64,000 bases of DNA from positions 6,884,272 through 6,948,271 of the forward strand of contig NC_068997.1 in assembly GCF_001194135.2 (NCBI RefSeq), given 5' to 3'. This document shows positions 36,676 to 50,516 of the stretch, piece after piece. The position numbers and the translations under genes are program-made. The first letter of the stretch is position 1. Each line of letters opens with the position of its first letter. The stretch is from Octopus bimaculoides (lineage: Eukaryota). The notes under the pieces were generated by a model, which saw only the letters and a list, made by a program, of their open reading frames with translations, was not told the origin of the DNA and searched no databases.

Positions 36676-37070
36676 TCTTTTACTTATTTCGGTTATTTGA
36701 CTGCAGCCATGCTGGAGTACCGGCTTTAGTCGAACAAATGGACCCCAAGACTTATTCTTTGTAAGCCTAGTGCTTATTCCATCGGTCTCTTTTGCCGAAA
36801 CGCTAAGTTACGGGGACGTAAACACACCAGCATCGGTTGTCAAGCGATGTTGTGGGGACAAACACACACACATACACACTCACATACACAAACACATACA
36901 TACATATATATCTATACGACGGATTTCTTTCAGTTTCTGTCTACCAAATTCATTCACAAGGTTTTGGTCGGCCCGTGGCTATAGTAGAAGACACATGCCC
37001 AAGGTGCCACGCAGTGGGACTGAACCCAGAACCATATGATTGGTAAGCAGGCTACTTACAACACAGCCAC
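36676..37070 (-). mobile_element. tRNA-derived SINE, family B, full length
   Basis: Reverse complement has head gtggctgtgttgtaagtagcctgcttaccaatcatatggttctgggttcagtcccactgcgtggcacc, an internal (TG)n and tail ...ccagcatggctgcagtcaaataaccgaaataagtaaaag. Confidence 0.85.
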
Positions 37071-39091
37071 CACAATTCTTTTCGAAACTATTTAGAAAGT
37101 TGAAGGGTTTTGTAAAATTATTCACTTTTTCATAATACAGATGTTGTATGAAACACAAGACAACAAAAAGAATTCCGTTATATATAAAAAAAATTATGGC
37201 ATGTTCTAATTTAAATGTGGATATTGTAAAACAAGAGGTCACTGGCCGGTTGATATCAATACGGTTTTTAAACTATCTCACTACTTCACATGTTATCAGA
37301 AAGAAAGAAGGTATTGTTCTCCTGTAGCGAAGTTTAAAGCTCAGAACGTTAAGAAAGTAAATACCACAAATTGACACTCTAATCTTTTCCTTTTTATGGT
37401 TAGGGCAGGTCGAATCATTTAATTTAGCGAACCCCGAATAATTTTGAATCGAATGAAATTACACTCGTAGTGAAACCAAAAGACAATGTTAATGACAGGT
37501 CTTGACATGAAAGGTAAGGTAGTGAACTCTCTGTTCTAAATTGTTTATTAATTAAATGGAGTCAAGCAATGGTGAACGGCTCTGACTTTTGGTAAGTACA
37601 CTAAAAACCCTGGAGGCGTTTTTATCGTCAGTTACGCATTGCCTAATACATAACTATCAGGTCTTAGAACGACTTTGAGAGATATGCTGTCCCGCACTTA
37701 AATATATATACTTCACGTAAATGTTACTGTTGGGATATACAGGAATCTTGCAGGCATGAAGTGGATTCGATCCACTATACCTAAATTTGAATTAACACTG
37801 CATCAGAACTTTTCCCGCGGTGGAACAACGGTTTTGATCTGACAGCAGTTAGATATGTCCCAGACGCCTTTAGCTAGGCCGAAGCGGTGTCTCCACCACT
37901 TGACCTTTTCTGACCTGTTCTACTTCATCAAATCTAGAATAGAGATAACAAGACCGCCAGCTAAATCCTTTGTTCTCAGTATCCTTCTAGATAGCTATAA
38001 AAACAGGAGACCCCCAAGCAAAATTTAGTTTAGTCACCAGTCGGTGACGACTCAAGGAGAACAAAGTCTGGCTGATCAGCTACAGCCTTGGCCAGAGGGA
38101 GAAATGAAGTTTACTGTCAGCCACTGTGAGACAACGTCGCACACCTTATAACTATTACGAGCTCGTATCCTTTTCTCTTTAACACTACCATCTCTCTCTA
38201 TATATAAATACTACTATGAGAAAGTGTACATACCTATACAAGCCAAAAAAATTAACTTTCTTTTCCTTGCATGTTTTAAGAACTGCATTATACGATTACA
38301 CTAACCTACCCGTCGTGGTATGGCAACTATGAAAGTAACGGTAAATAAATATTTCTTAAAAACTTCATGAATTGTTCATCTTGCGCATCCTGCAGCACAT
38401 CAATACAAACTAACAATTATCGTTACAATTGGTAATCTCCGACATTAACATCTCAATACCGTTACAATTGGTGACCCTTCCGTCTCCAATAACCCTACCG
38501 TTACAGATATTTTCTTATCCTTTTCTCTTCACTCCACCATAGTTTAATCAGAGAATGAAGGGAACTGTCCATGATCTTTATAAGGACTCGGAGTCATGGA
38601 CAAGCAGTACAACAATCCTCACATTTGAAACTTGCAACACAGTGGAGTCTACCAAAGACCTAGTGATGGTGTTAAGGCAAGCAACGAATTAAATTTCCCA
38701 GCCAACAATTGTTACGACAGTTACTGTATTACTTTAAGGGGAAAATGGTGTTGGAAACAGAGTTAAACATAAATTATTAGGAAGGCATAGATTAAGAAAA
38801 GAAGGTATAAACAAATTGAATTCAGCCAAGTTGAACATATCTAAACATATTCGGGTGAGTCGAATATATTTATGACATCAACAATTCCAATTTCACAGTT
38901 TGCCTACCAGAATCTTATTTTTAACTCAATAGAAAAGTGTTCCCATAAACACAGGCCCAGGAAAGAGAGAAGGGGAAGAGAGAGAGAGAATATATATGAC
39001 AGTACTTAAATTTGAATTGGGAGGACTAAGTGCAAGGATTAGTGCGGACACAACAAGCGTGATACAAAGAACAGGCTGATCCATCTCAAAG

Positions 39092-39156
39092 CACACACTG
39101 CCATCTTAGAAGAAATAAAGGACACACTGCCATCTTAGAAGAAATAAAGGACACAT
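39092..39156. repeat. 29-bp tandem duplication
   Basis: cacactgccatcttagaagaaataaagga occurs twice. Confidence 0.9.
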
Positions 39157-40642
39157 TGAACAATGTAGTTCTAAAAATACGGTCATCAACGAGATGTCTT
39201 TGATCATTGGTCCGCAGGGCCAAGGCTAACCTGGGCTTAAACAACATAAGCAATACTAAAGAAAGAGAAAGGGAAAAAATGGACACTGATGGACAGGGCC
39301 TTCTTGGACACTAAAAGCAAGATTTTCTTCCCTTCATGGCTGGAAATATATTTCGGCCAACTAGTTGCTTTCAACTGGCAGTAGGGGCTGCCTTTTGTCC
39401 TATTTGGAATTCCATCACCATAAAAAGTTGCTCTTCTCAACATCCAGCGCTTACACACACCGACACATATACATGCTCACACAGTTTAAAAAACTTATTC
39501 ATCACTTCTCTCCTCCATCTCTGTCTCTCTCCACTTCACCCTTTTAGCCTTCCACAATCACATATACAAAAAACTGGGGTGGATGGTTGCCATTTGAATG
39601 GCAACACGCCGGACACTACGTAAAAGAACCAATCTAAGGATATTATTGAGAGGACCTAGAGCTAGAATCATGTTTGTTTGTTTGTTTATTTATTTTAATT
39701 CCTGGATTTTGTTCCGTTTGCTTTTTGCACTATCTATGGAGTCAAGCTAATACTCTTCCGATCAACCATGTCTGATAACTGTTCAATTATTCTTCCAACC
39801 TAAAAACAAACAAAAACACTCTTTTTTTTAACATGCAACCGTTCGGTAACATGAACTGGTTGTTATGAATCTAAATTTATAATACTGTATAGATTAGACT
39901 CACTCTGCTACCCTAACATAGGAGTTCCTGTTTTATCTCTGACTTAAGAGAATTCATCTGACAATTTACATACTTGTCTATGGTATAAAGTATTTTGCAA
40001 TAGGCGTTTATGATCTTACAGACAAAACTAAGAATTTATAATTTCATCTCACTTTATAGATTTTAGAAAGAAAAAAAAAGTGATCGGATTTTACGCAAAT
40101 TAGCAATCACCATTTTACACTTTTCTACACCATTCAAGTACTTTTCGGTTTTATTTAATTGCTGATAATTAGTAACTTCATTAGGTAAAAAGTCACACAT
40201 TTATGAAGAAGCAGTGTAGTTGATTTTGTCGATAGTAGTAAATAAATATCTAATACTTATTTTATCGATACTTTCCTTGCAGACATGAAATACAAATTCA
40301 GCTCTGGTAGGATTCGAACCCAGAATGCAAGTACGGTAAATTCATTCCAAGTATTTCCGCCGGTTCACCAATTTGTTACGAATTAAATTCAATAAGTCGA
40401 CCAGTGAAACCCAAAGCAACGAAATGCAAATAAAATGAACCGGAGTGGTTAATTTCAATGTCATGTGAGATCGAGTAAGTGCTGAAGTTCAACTGCTATT
40501 GTTGGTGGTTTACTTTTATTGCGCTGTTGGAGAAGGAAGAGGGACATTTATTTGGTGTAGTTGAGAGACGACAAAAGGCAAAACGATTGTAGCCGCCGTC
40601 GGAGGTGGTGACTTGCTCCGTTCGGCCACACTTAATCCAAAC

Positions 40643-40725
40643 ATGTTGTCGCAGCTGATTCCTATTCCTTTTATATTGTTATTATTACTGTCGGTGTTTT
40701 TCTCGTGTGATGTGATCGATGGACA
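40643..40725 (+). CDS. MANBA: Probable MANBA exon 1 (signal peptide), truncated by gap
   Basis: aacATGt start in CpG-enriched sequence. MLSQLIPIPFILLLLLSVFFSCDVIDG has a hydrophobic signal-peptide pattern, correct strand and position upstream of exon 2. The splice donor is hidden in gap 40726-41195. Confidence 0.6.
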
Positions 40726-41520
40726 NNNNNNNNNNNNNNNNNNNNNNNNNNNNNNNNNNNNNNNNNNNNNNNNNNNNNNNNNNNNNNNNNNNNNNNNNNN
40801 NNNNNNNNNNNNNNNNNNNNNNNNNNNNNNNNNNNNNNNNNNNNNNNNNNNNNNNNNNNNNNNNNNNNNNNNNNNNNNNNNNNNNNNNNNNNNNNNNNNN
40901 NNNNNNNNNNNNNNNNNNNNNNNNNNNNNNNNNNNNNNNNNNNNNNNNNNNNNNNNNNNNNNNNNNNNNNNNNNNNNNNNNNNNNNNNNNNNNNNNNNNN
41001 NNNNNNNNNNNNNNNNNNNNNNNNNNNNNNNNNNNNNNNNNNNNNNNNNNNNNNNNNNNNNNNNNNNNNNNNNNNNNNNNNNNNNNNNNNNNNNNNNNNN
41101 NNNNNNNNNNNNNNNNNNNNNNNNNNNNNNNNNNNNNNNNNNNNNNNNNNNNNNNNNNNNNNNNNNNNNNNNNNNNNNNNNNNNNNNNNNNNNNNAATTA
41201 TAACTTGTGCCACCGTCGGCGTAATTGTGCTGAAAAGGGTACTCAACAATCTCCCTCAAGTTGATTCCGTCTCGAAAATAAATGAAACATGTTCGATAAG
41301 CAGATCTTAAATTTACTGTTAAAAAGAAGGAGTGATCAAGATTGAAATGCTTTTGACCATATGTTTACTCAAGCAAAGCCGACCAGGTCTAAAAAAAAAG
41401 TTTAATCAATAATTGTGTAGTTTTCCATTTATTTTTGTACCTGTGTACGTGTGTGTACGACAAATCTGAAAAATTTACTTTAATTTCATGCTTGTTCCGT
41501 CTCAGTAGGAAGCCCTAAAA

Positions 41521-41655
41521 CAGGCACGGGCACTTTTTATCGAGAAGCGGGCCACATGAGATATACCTCACCATCAGGCGGGCCGCATACTTTAAAAAAA
41601 TGTAATGGTAATTATTTGTTAGGAAGTCCTGCAAGCTGCATTTTGCCCATGACTG
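41521..41655. mobile_element. 135-bp hAT MITE
   Basis: TIR CAGGCACGGGCA vs reverse complement CAGTCATGGGCA (10/12). TSD CCCTAAAA / CCTTAAAA (7/8). Internal GCGGGCCACAT / GCGGGCCGCAT subterminal motifs. Confidence 0.8.
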
Positions 41656-41949
41656 CCTTAAAACAATGAGATACGATTTTAGAATGGAAGGTTCCATTTT
41701 TTTAAAAACTTTAATTGGTATCAGTTTGTTTGGCGGCCGTGGCACTTTCACTTCTGACAGCTAATAGCATGACAGTGCCACTTTTTCTGTTGATGCTATT
41801 CAACATTCGATTTATTTCTGAGATAGTTTAAGCTTTTGTTGTTTATGACGAACTGGTGTGAAGGTATGAGATTTGTTTAAAATGTTGTTGCTATCATATA
41901 AGACGAAACAAATTAGGACGATGTTGTAGAACATTCCTTTTCCACTTTG

Positions 41950-42300
41950 GCAGAAATCGTTTCCTTTTGACTGGGTGACTTTTCAGTTTACCTTCCTACT
42001 TTGGTCGATCTGCAACTTACGGTTTCGAACCACCAGTTCTCACTTTGCTGGCTTCAAGTCGGCATTGTGATTACGTACGTTGACAACTATGACTAGTGCC
42101 TAAGTGCTTTCCTCACCCCTTCTGTTCATGTTTCGATGCAATTGTAAATAATGGATCAATCTCCTGCAGGATAATTTGGTAATATGTAAGAAACAGCCCT
42201 CCTTCTACTCCGTACAACATAGTGAGCCATACACCGACCTTATGATATTATAGTCAAGCTAAAGAGATATGCGAGTTTGTAGTTTCGTCTTGAAGAATAA
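41950..42300 (-). mobile_element. Possible decayed RTE LINE C-terminal fragment
   Basis: Minus strand VWLTMLYGVE resembles the RTE pattern VRxxMLYGxETW; the rest is heavily degraded. Confidence 0.3.
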
Positions 42301-44279
42301 CTCGATATTTCACACACACTGGTGTGCTTTGTGAGAAAAGGGCTGATAAAAAGGCTTAGCTACGGAGTAGCTCTCCCTTGAAGTCCCACTTCGTAAGAGT
42401 AGTTTCCCCGCCTCCTTCAGTTTTTAATATTCCTGTGTTTCACATCACATAAGTTATGATTAGGAAAAGACAAAAAGAAAAAAATCCAAACGCAATTTAT
42501 CAATTTTTTTTTTCATTATTGTCCCCTGCTAACGTAACCTTTCCCTTTTCCGTGAGACATGGGACTTCGAAGGACAGCTATTCCTAAAATAGGTAGCGGG
42601 GAAGCTGGTTTGTGAGATATGGCCAGATTAATTGCTAATTGACAATATTGTTGAACAAGTTCTTTTAAGAAAAGTTTGTCGTTCCTCTTTCTCCCAGAGC
42701 CTCTGAACAAAAGTAGAAGTTAGAGATTTGTGTTTGCTCACGAAGAGTGTATGTTGAGATGGGTTTGCATCAATCAAATCCTAAAAGTGAATGTAGATGG
42801 AACACAACATGGTATTTGGAGGAATCGTTTGAGGAGACACACAGAAAAGGGTTTGTTAAAGGAATATTATTACATAGGTCAATAAACAGTTCAGTATTTA
42901 AAGCAAACAAAATGGAATTATGTGCTCAATGGATGGTACAGAATGAATTGTTCATGTATTTAACTACTTTATTTGAAACAGCCAGAAGAATTTAGCCATT
43001 CTTGCTAAACTGCCTTCACACTGCATCTTATTCCTTTGGTCTGATGCTAACAAAAATAATTGAAGTTGGTCAATGTTGCAACTGAAGAACATTTCAGTAG
43101 TTAAGAATTGGAGTCGAGAAAGCCCAATGAAACATAGAACAAGATGGTAAACATGTTTGTAAAACAAGTATTTGAAAAAGATTTATGTTTCTGTTTGTGA
43201 CGAATATTTTCTGTAATCATTTATGTCTTGGATTTACTGTTCCATAATAAATTAACTTCTAGTATTGGAAGTAATTAAACACTGGGAAAACATTTCCTTC
43301 ATTTGTTGTTAAATGGCTATTAACATAACAATATCATCTTCATATCAACAGGTCCAATAATATAATCTAGGGCATAATATCACTTTGATCCCAGAACTCC
43401 TTGGTCATGGGGTTGCTAGATTCCCTTGTTTGAAAATATAAGGACACAGATCGTGTTGCATAGCCAGCTAGAGACGATGTCTCCTGGGGCTAAATTCCAG
43501 CAACATTCGTCCTAAACCAGGACTGCCATGTTATGTTGCCAAACAATCTTTATTCCAAAGTACTGTTGCTCAATATCTCTCATTGTGAGATTTACAAATA
43601 ATAATTTTCTAATTAGAATAATTTTGATTACAATTTAGCACAATTTTAGTCATGGTCTGCAACTCGTTTTGGGTAATTCTATCAAAGACATTGAAATATT
43701 TAAAATGTGATGTTAAAAAGAACACCTTGTTGTTTTTCACATAAACCACAAAAAAAAAAATTGAATAAATGAATTAACAAAACAAAACTATTTCACATTG
43801 TCAGAACATCATTGCATTAAGTATCTGTCTTTTGTTTCCCTCTTGTTTTCAGATTTGGTGACAAAAGAAGCAGCAAAATAATTTTCATTTCGTGTTATCT
43901 GCAGAAATGTTTTTATGTTCTTTTTAGAACCTACATGTTGTATGACTCCAGTTTTTAGTTGTTAGCTAATTCAAAATAACAAACATTTTACTTTGACAAC
44001 AGAATGGTATCAGTTTTAATGTTTCAAGATGAGTCACAAAATTCATTTTGTGCGAGGGACAAAGGTCACGGCCTTCATTACTTCATTATAATGTTTTGAA
44101 TGTTTGGAATATATTCTAGATACCAGCATGGAAGGCGGGTGTTAAACGATGAACTTTACACTTCTTAACATTATTATTTTTCAATAACATATTTTGATTA
44201 ACGAGCATCCACAGATCTATCCACATTTTGATTTAATTGTGACGAACCAGAGCTTCATAAGGTGTGAGTCTGAAGGGTC

Positions 44280-45150
44280 CTAAAAAGACTTGCATAAAAG
44301 CTGATGCAGTCTTGGACTTGTTGGACTAGAGTATTTGGCACTGTTCATATATCTGTGGAGGAGGACAAAGGTTAGGGTCTTTAGGTCCCTGGTCCTCCCT
44401 GTTCTGCTCTATATTCGTGAGGCATGGACACAACCCTTAGGAGTTACCTGAACTTCTTTGGTATCAGGACATTTTACACAATTATGGGTTACCATTGGTC
44501 GGATTTTATGTTCAATCAACATTTCTATTCAGCTGGGACGTGTCCTGTGATCCAGATACACCAGCTCCAACTGTTTCGCCATGTTCCTCAATTTTCCAAG
44601 TTAGACCCTGCTTACCATGTTCTATTTACTCAGAATCTGCCTGGGTTGATGCCACATGGTCACAGCAAATGAGGAGGAATCTCATGGTGATGCAGCAACA
44701 TACTTGTATCAGTGCATGCCTCCACACCTTACCTGACCTGTGGCAGACCATCTGCTTACTTTGTAACAAGAAACCCACTTGCACATCTTCTGTTAAGAAC
44801 TTAACTTGGGTTCTTCTCTCTATAAAGAAGTGAATTCTTGGGAGGTGGAGAGAATATTTTGCTGATCTCCTAAATCAGTCCTAATAAATCTTCTGATGGA
44901 CACAAGGTGCATCTAGGGATGAAGACTAACTTCTTGGAGACTGAGTTCACTGAGACCATTAAAGCAGTGAAATTTATGAAGGCCACCAGAGAGGAAGAGA
45001 TTCAGCCTGAGATTTTAAAAGCCTTAGAGAAGATACTCTCTGACTGTTTTGTGTATGCCAAGTGATTTGGAAAGACATGAAAGCAATGGCAATCCAAAGG
45101 GATAATTCCAACTTTTAAAAAGAGAGACAAGGGCGAGTTCTCTAATGAAA
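44280..45150 (+). mobile_element. Decayed non-LTR (RTE-like) LINE ORF2 fragment, EN-RT linker to RT start
   Basis: Frameshifted ..EEIQPEILKAL..VCQVIWKD..GIIPTFKKRDKGE.. resembles the RT-proximal pattern GPDEIxPEMLKAL..IIPIFKKGD. Confidence 0.55.
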
Positions 45151-45967
45151 TGACCATCCCGAAATATGACAATATATTTCCGTTTGAATCCTACCTGCAT
45201 AATTCTCACACTAATAAATTGTCACATCTAAGACCAACACCATACCTCATTCAGGAGCTGCAGAATGGAAGCTTTATAATCTCTCAAAAACATACACACA
45301 CACACACACACACACACATTCCCTGCTTAAGTGCTACACACAGCTCACAATTACTTGGAAATTGTATCTAGCAATGATCTTTGTTTGTCTCTAACAAGTA
45401 AGGTCCCTGATATTGAAAAATTTGCAAAAACTAAATCAGCCCCATCAATCTCACTAAATAAATACAGTATAAATGTAATATATATTTTTCTCTATTTTGC
45501 TAAAATATTTTATTTTTGTGCTCAAAAAGTTATTTTTAGGAGATATTAATTTTCTGGGCATCAATAGAATTTTTTCTTGTTTTGTTAAATCAGAAAATGA
45601 TGAATGATTATAAATGGTTGTTTTGTTGATGCCACAAAATATTCTTGTTTTGGGAAAATAGAGATATAGAAAATAAATGTGCAATTAAATAGACGTTGAT
45701 ATTTTTAAGGAGTTTGTTATATTAATAGTAGAAAACTGGGCACCCTTGAAATATTTTTTAAAATGTTTATTTTAGATTTTTGTCCAGTAATGTTTTCAAT
45801 ACATATCAATTTTTAAAAAATATTCATAAAATAAATTTCATCATAAAACTAATTTAAACAATTTCATCTTAAAATTTCATTATCATTTGATAAAATTTTA
45901 CAAATTTTATTTGCATTAAAGGTTTTTAATCTTTTCAAAAGTGATTTGTTTCTGTTCTTAACCGTTT

Positions 45968-46270
45968 AGGATAAAATGTGAAGGGCGTTCGGCTCACAAT
46001 CATAAGGTCATGAGTTTGATTACTAGTGATGCGTTGTGTCCTTGAGCAAGATACTTTATTTCCCATTGCTCCAGTCCACTCAACTGGCAAAAATGAGTAG
46101 TACCTGTATTTCAAAGGGCTGGCCTTGTCACACTGAGTCTCCTTGAGAACTACATTAGGGGTACACGTGTCTGTGGATTGCTCAGTCACTTGCATGCTAA
46201 TTTCATGAGCAGGCTATTCCGTTGATCGGATCAGCTGGGACCCTCGTCGTCGTAACTGATGGAGTGCTCC
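45968..46270 (+). mobile_element. tRNA-derived SINE, family C
   Basis: cggctcacaatcataaggtcatgagtttgatt..gtgtccttgagcaagatactttattt..gatcggatcagctgggaccctcgtcgtcgtaactgatggagtgc. Confidence 0.8.
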
Positions 46271-46639
46271 TATTTATAAAATTGAAATAATTTTTCTCTA
46301 ATAACGTCTAAGGTGCCGGAGAAAGATTTAAGATTTCAAGAAGGAACCATAATCTAAAAAAACGTTGACAAAGACATGACATCAGATTAACTGCTCATGC
46401 TTTCAATTACATCATCATCATGACGTTCACTTTTCCATCTTCATATGAGCCGGATGGAATTCATTGAGGCAGATTTTCTACAGTCAGATACCCTTCCTGT
46501 TGCCAACCCTCACCTATTTCCCAGTAGCATATCCCCCCCATGGCCAGACGTTTTTCATGGAAGATTAGAAATGATGGACACTGCTTGTCTGGTGATGACG
46601 CTCATCTACCACAAGATGTTTAAACGAACACACGCACGC

Positions 46640-46671
<32 letters not shown>

Positions 46672-46679
46672 TTTTTTTT

Positions 46680-46800
46680 TTCCAGTTTCCATCTACCAAA
46701 TTCAATTAAATAGCCTAGGGCTATAATAGAAGGCATTTTCCCAAGGTGCCATGCAATGGGACTGAATCCAAAACCGTGTGTTTGGGAAGTTAAAAATTGT
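46680..46800 (-). mobile_element. Family B SINE fragment
   Basis: ccagtttccatctaccaaattc..cccaaggtgccatgcaatgggactgaatcc matches 36935-37030. Confidence 0.65.
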
Positions 46801-47619
46801 CCAAGTCNNNNNNNNNNNNNNNNNNNNNNNNNNNNNNNNNNNNNNNNNNNNNNNNNNNNNNNNNNNNNNNNNNNNNNNNNNNNNNNNNNNNNNNNNNNNN
46901 NNNNNNNNNNNNNNNNNNNNNNNNNNNNNNNNNNNNNNNNNNNNNNNNNNNNNNNNNNNNNNNNNNNNNNNNNNNNNNNNNNNNNNNNNNNNNNNNNNNN
47001 NNNNNNNNNNNNNNNNNNNNNNNNNNNNNNNNNNNNNNNNNNNNNNNNNNNNNNNNNNNNNNNNNNNNNNNNNNNNNNNNNNNNNNNNNNNNNNNNNNNN
47101 NNNNNNNNNNNNNNNNNNNNNNNNNNNNNNNNNNNNNNNNNNNNNNNNNNNNNNNNNNNNNNNNNNNNNNNNNNNNNNNNNNNNNNNNNNNNNNNNNNNN
47201 NNNNNNNNNNNNNNNNNNNNNNNNNNNNNNNNNNNNNNNNNNNNNNNNNNNNNNNNNNNNNNNNNNNNNNNNNNNNNNNNNNNNNNNNNNNNNNNNNNNN
47301 NNNNNNNNNNNNNNNNNNNNNNNNNNNNNNNNNNNNNNNNNNNNNNNNNNNNNNNNNNNNNNNNNNNNNNNNNNNNNNNNNNNNNNNNNNNNNNNNNNNN
47401 NNNNNNNNNNNCCCAAAATTTCAGGCCTTGTGCCTATAGCAGAAAGTATTTCATATCTTTCTCATCTCAAGATACATTCTCCAACCTGAACAGAACTTTT
47501 GCTTTGTAACTTTAGTTTCTCTTCTTGTTTTCTTAGTCTTTGCCTGTTGATTTCTTTTATTCATTTCTCTACAAGTCAATCCATTTCAGTTTTGCAAGTC
47601 CAAATATATATTTTAATGT

Positions 47620-49020
47620 TTATTATTTAGTTCTTGGAAGATACACAATGCCCCTGGCCCAGGCTGAGGAAGAGAATGTGGCTGGTGTTTAATTGAGCTT
47701 CTGTAAGTTGATGTTGATTGGGGAAAATTGTGGGCAAGGGACTGAGGTGCAAAGGAGTCCAGTTTGTAGAAATGATTCTGTTAAGTATTGAGGTAGAGGA
47801 GGTCTCTGCTAGATTAGACGGTAGGGAAGCCCGCATGATGTTGTTTGGTCTAAATCAGTCCCAATTGAATAGACCACTGGTCAACAATAATGTTCCAGTC
47901 TTTTATTCCATTTCTTCAACTCAAATTGTTTAGCTGCATCATGATATATTTTACATCACTCAAATCATTCTAGGCAATAACTTCCCCAAAATGTTAAATT
48001 AAGCTTTAGGGATTTTAGTGATAGTTTCAACTTAACCCTATACCTAAGGATGGGTCTTCTTTTACCACAGAACCCCTCCACTTGTTGGTCATACAAAAGA
48101 ATTTTTGGAATGTGGTCATCTTGCATTCAAACAATATGTCCAACCCATCTGCACTGAATTCTCAACAGCATAATTTCGATACTAGAGATATCACATTTTT
48201 CTAAAATTTTCACTTTTGATATCTAATGATAGAAATAATAATAAATAAGCTGATTATTAATTGTAACATGTTGAAACTCTGCCTTTTAGATATGTGAACT
48301 GTTTTTAAAGATACAATTTAAGGAATTTGTTTTTATGTCTCAGCTGTCCTTATTTGGGCTTCATTGCTGTTTTGTGGAAAGTTATTTACTTTTGAGAATT
48401 CAAAGAAGTTTCTCTGTCTGATGAGTGAACTTTGGGATTCTTTTTTGACTATTTTTTTTTTGTCACCACGAGAGATTACCAAAGATTGTGAGATCTAGCA
48501 ACTGTAGGAACTGAAAGATTTGGCTGTAGTTTCATATGTCTGTCCGATGTGTGCTGCAGCTGTCTTCTAATGATGTTGAATTTAATAATAATAATAATAG
48601 TGATAACAAGGGTGTTACATTGTTTCTGGATAATGTTTCAAACTTATTCTTCATGGTTGTATTGCATATCAGTTGTGAATTATTTGGGTTGTGTATGGAC
48701 AAGAGCTGTGTATTAAAGATATTTAACAAGTCAAGGATGGTGCATGTAATTAGAAGTAACAGCAAGTAGGTTAATGCAGATAAGAAAGGTCATGTAGATA
48801 ATGTAAAGACAACTGAAAGTTTTAAAGAAGTCTGACAATATAGTGTTATAACAGGAAAATCTGACATGATTAAAACTTTACTGATGTTAAGACAACATTT
48901 TAGTTGTACTGAAGTGCTAAAGGGGAAAAGATTGTTGGTGTTTGTTGTAGCATAGGTAAGTCTCTCTGGAAACTCTGCTGGTGGTTATTGTGCAGAGAAA
49001 GAGATCTGTGCAGGACATTT
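47620..49020 (-). mobile_element. Possible highly decayed CR1/L2-like LINE (endonuclease then RT start)
   Basis: Minus-strand remnants VLIMSDF and TCTILDLLNIFN (APE-like GDFN / ILDL), and downstream RIIST..IFPNQHQ (RT-like). The order is consistent, but the similarity is weak. Confidence 0.3.
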
Positions 49021-49447
49021 CATCCATTTTAAGCCAGTGAAGGATGCAGCAGCGAGCTGGCAGAAATGTCAGGTAAAATGTTTTCAGGATCAATAAAAAG
49101 ATGGCGCATTCTATATTTTAAGCTGCCTTTCTTGTTTACAGTATTAGCAAAAGACATGGATGGGTAGGGAACAGAGAATATTCAAAAATAAGGAAAACTT
49201 CTTTTTTTGCAAAAGATGTATCTTGGTTGGGGTTTATGGTCTGCTTCCAGTTGATAGTGAGAATGGATTTGTCTATATATAGGAAAATTCTGGGACATCA
49301 TCAAGAAATGCTATTGAAAATTAATCCTGGCCATTCACAGAATGATAGAAACCACGATTATCTTTGTGAATGTACCACCTTAACTCCCAAAGTTGGGGAT
49401 TAATGCCAACACCATTCAATTGGTACCAACCTAATTCATATAATTAA

Positions 49448-49666
49448 CCCTTTCATTACCAACCCGGCTGAAACCAGTTCTGGCTCTGAATACAAATGTC
49501 TTTTCATAAGTTTTGAATTAAAATCTTCCACCAAAACCTCAGTCACAATTAATGTTCCTAACACTAGCTCAATGATAACTAAGTTAATTTACTAAATTCT
49601 TTATCATATTTAAAATTAATAGAAAGAAACACAGAGCATCTCAACAGAAATATGGTAACAAAAGGG
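49448..49666. mobile_element. piggyBac-like MITE with TTAA target duplication
   Basis: TTAA|CCCTTTCATTACCA ... TGGTAACAAAAGGG|TTAA; TIR match 12/14. Confidence 0.85.
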
Positions 49667-49736
49667 TTAAACAGTTGACAGCTGGGTTGCTGTGCTGGTG
49701 TGTGTGTGTGCGCATTTAATGTATATACATGTATGT

Positions 49737-49847
<111 letters not shown>

Positions 49848-50516
49848 GTGTTATGTGTGTGAACATATGTACATACATTATCTGACAGAAAAATTGGTAA
49901 ATTTGATGAGTGCCACTGAGATGCCAGCTCTGTACATGGTGCGGGGCAGGGGTAATTCTTATTTAATGAAATAGGGTAGCAGAGAAAGTGTCTGTCTAAG
50001 TATCAGAACTGTCACCTTCATCATCATCCTTGTCCCTCTCCATCCTTGTTGTCATCATCAGCAGCAGTAATATTATTATTTTTGGGTTTTAACTCCTTTT
50101 ACTTCTTTTTTCTTTTTTGCCATCCCTGACATAATTTTGAAATCTTTCCAAAACATTCTCCACTTAATATTTACTGAAAATACTTAAATGTCAGCAGTCA
50201 GTGTGTGTGTGTGTGTGTGTATGCAAGCTTCAGTGAGAGTGTGCACGTCTTTGTAAATTTCTACTTATTTATAACCTTTATTTAAGGATGTAGATACATT
50301 TAGCAGTTTGTTTGTGTGTGTGTGTGTGTGTGTGTGTGCGTGCCAATACATGAAATGGGATCAGGAACCAAAATTTTAAAAGGGGAATATCTTCCTGATT
50401 TTTTTTTTACTTCCTAAATTGAAAGAGTATTTAATGAGCTTAACCTTCAATTTCGCCAATTGTTGACCTTATGACTTTGGCAAATTTGTTCTTGTCAGTG
50501 TTGTGCNNNNNNNNNN

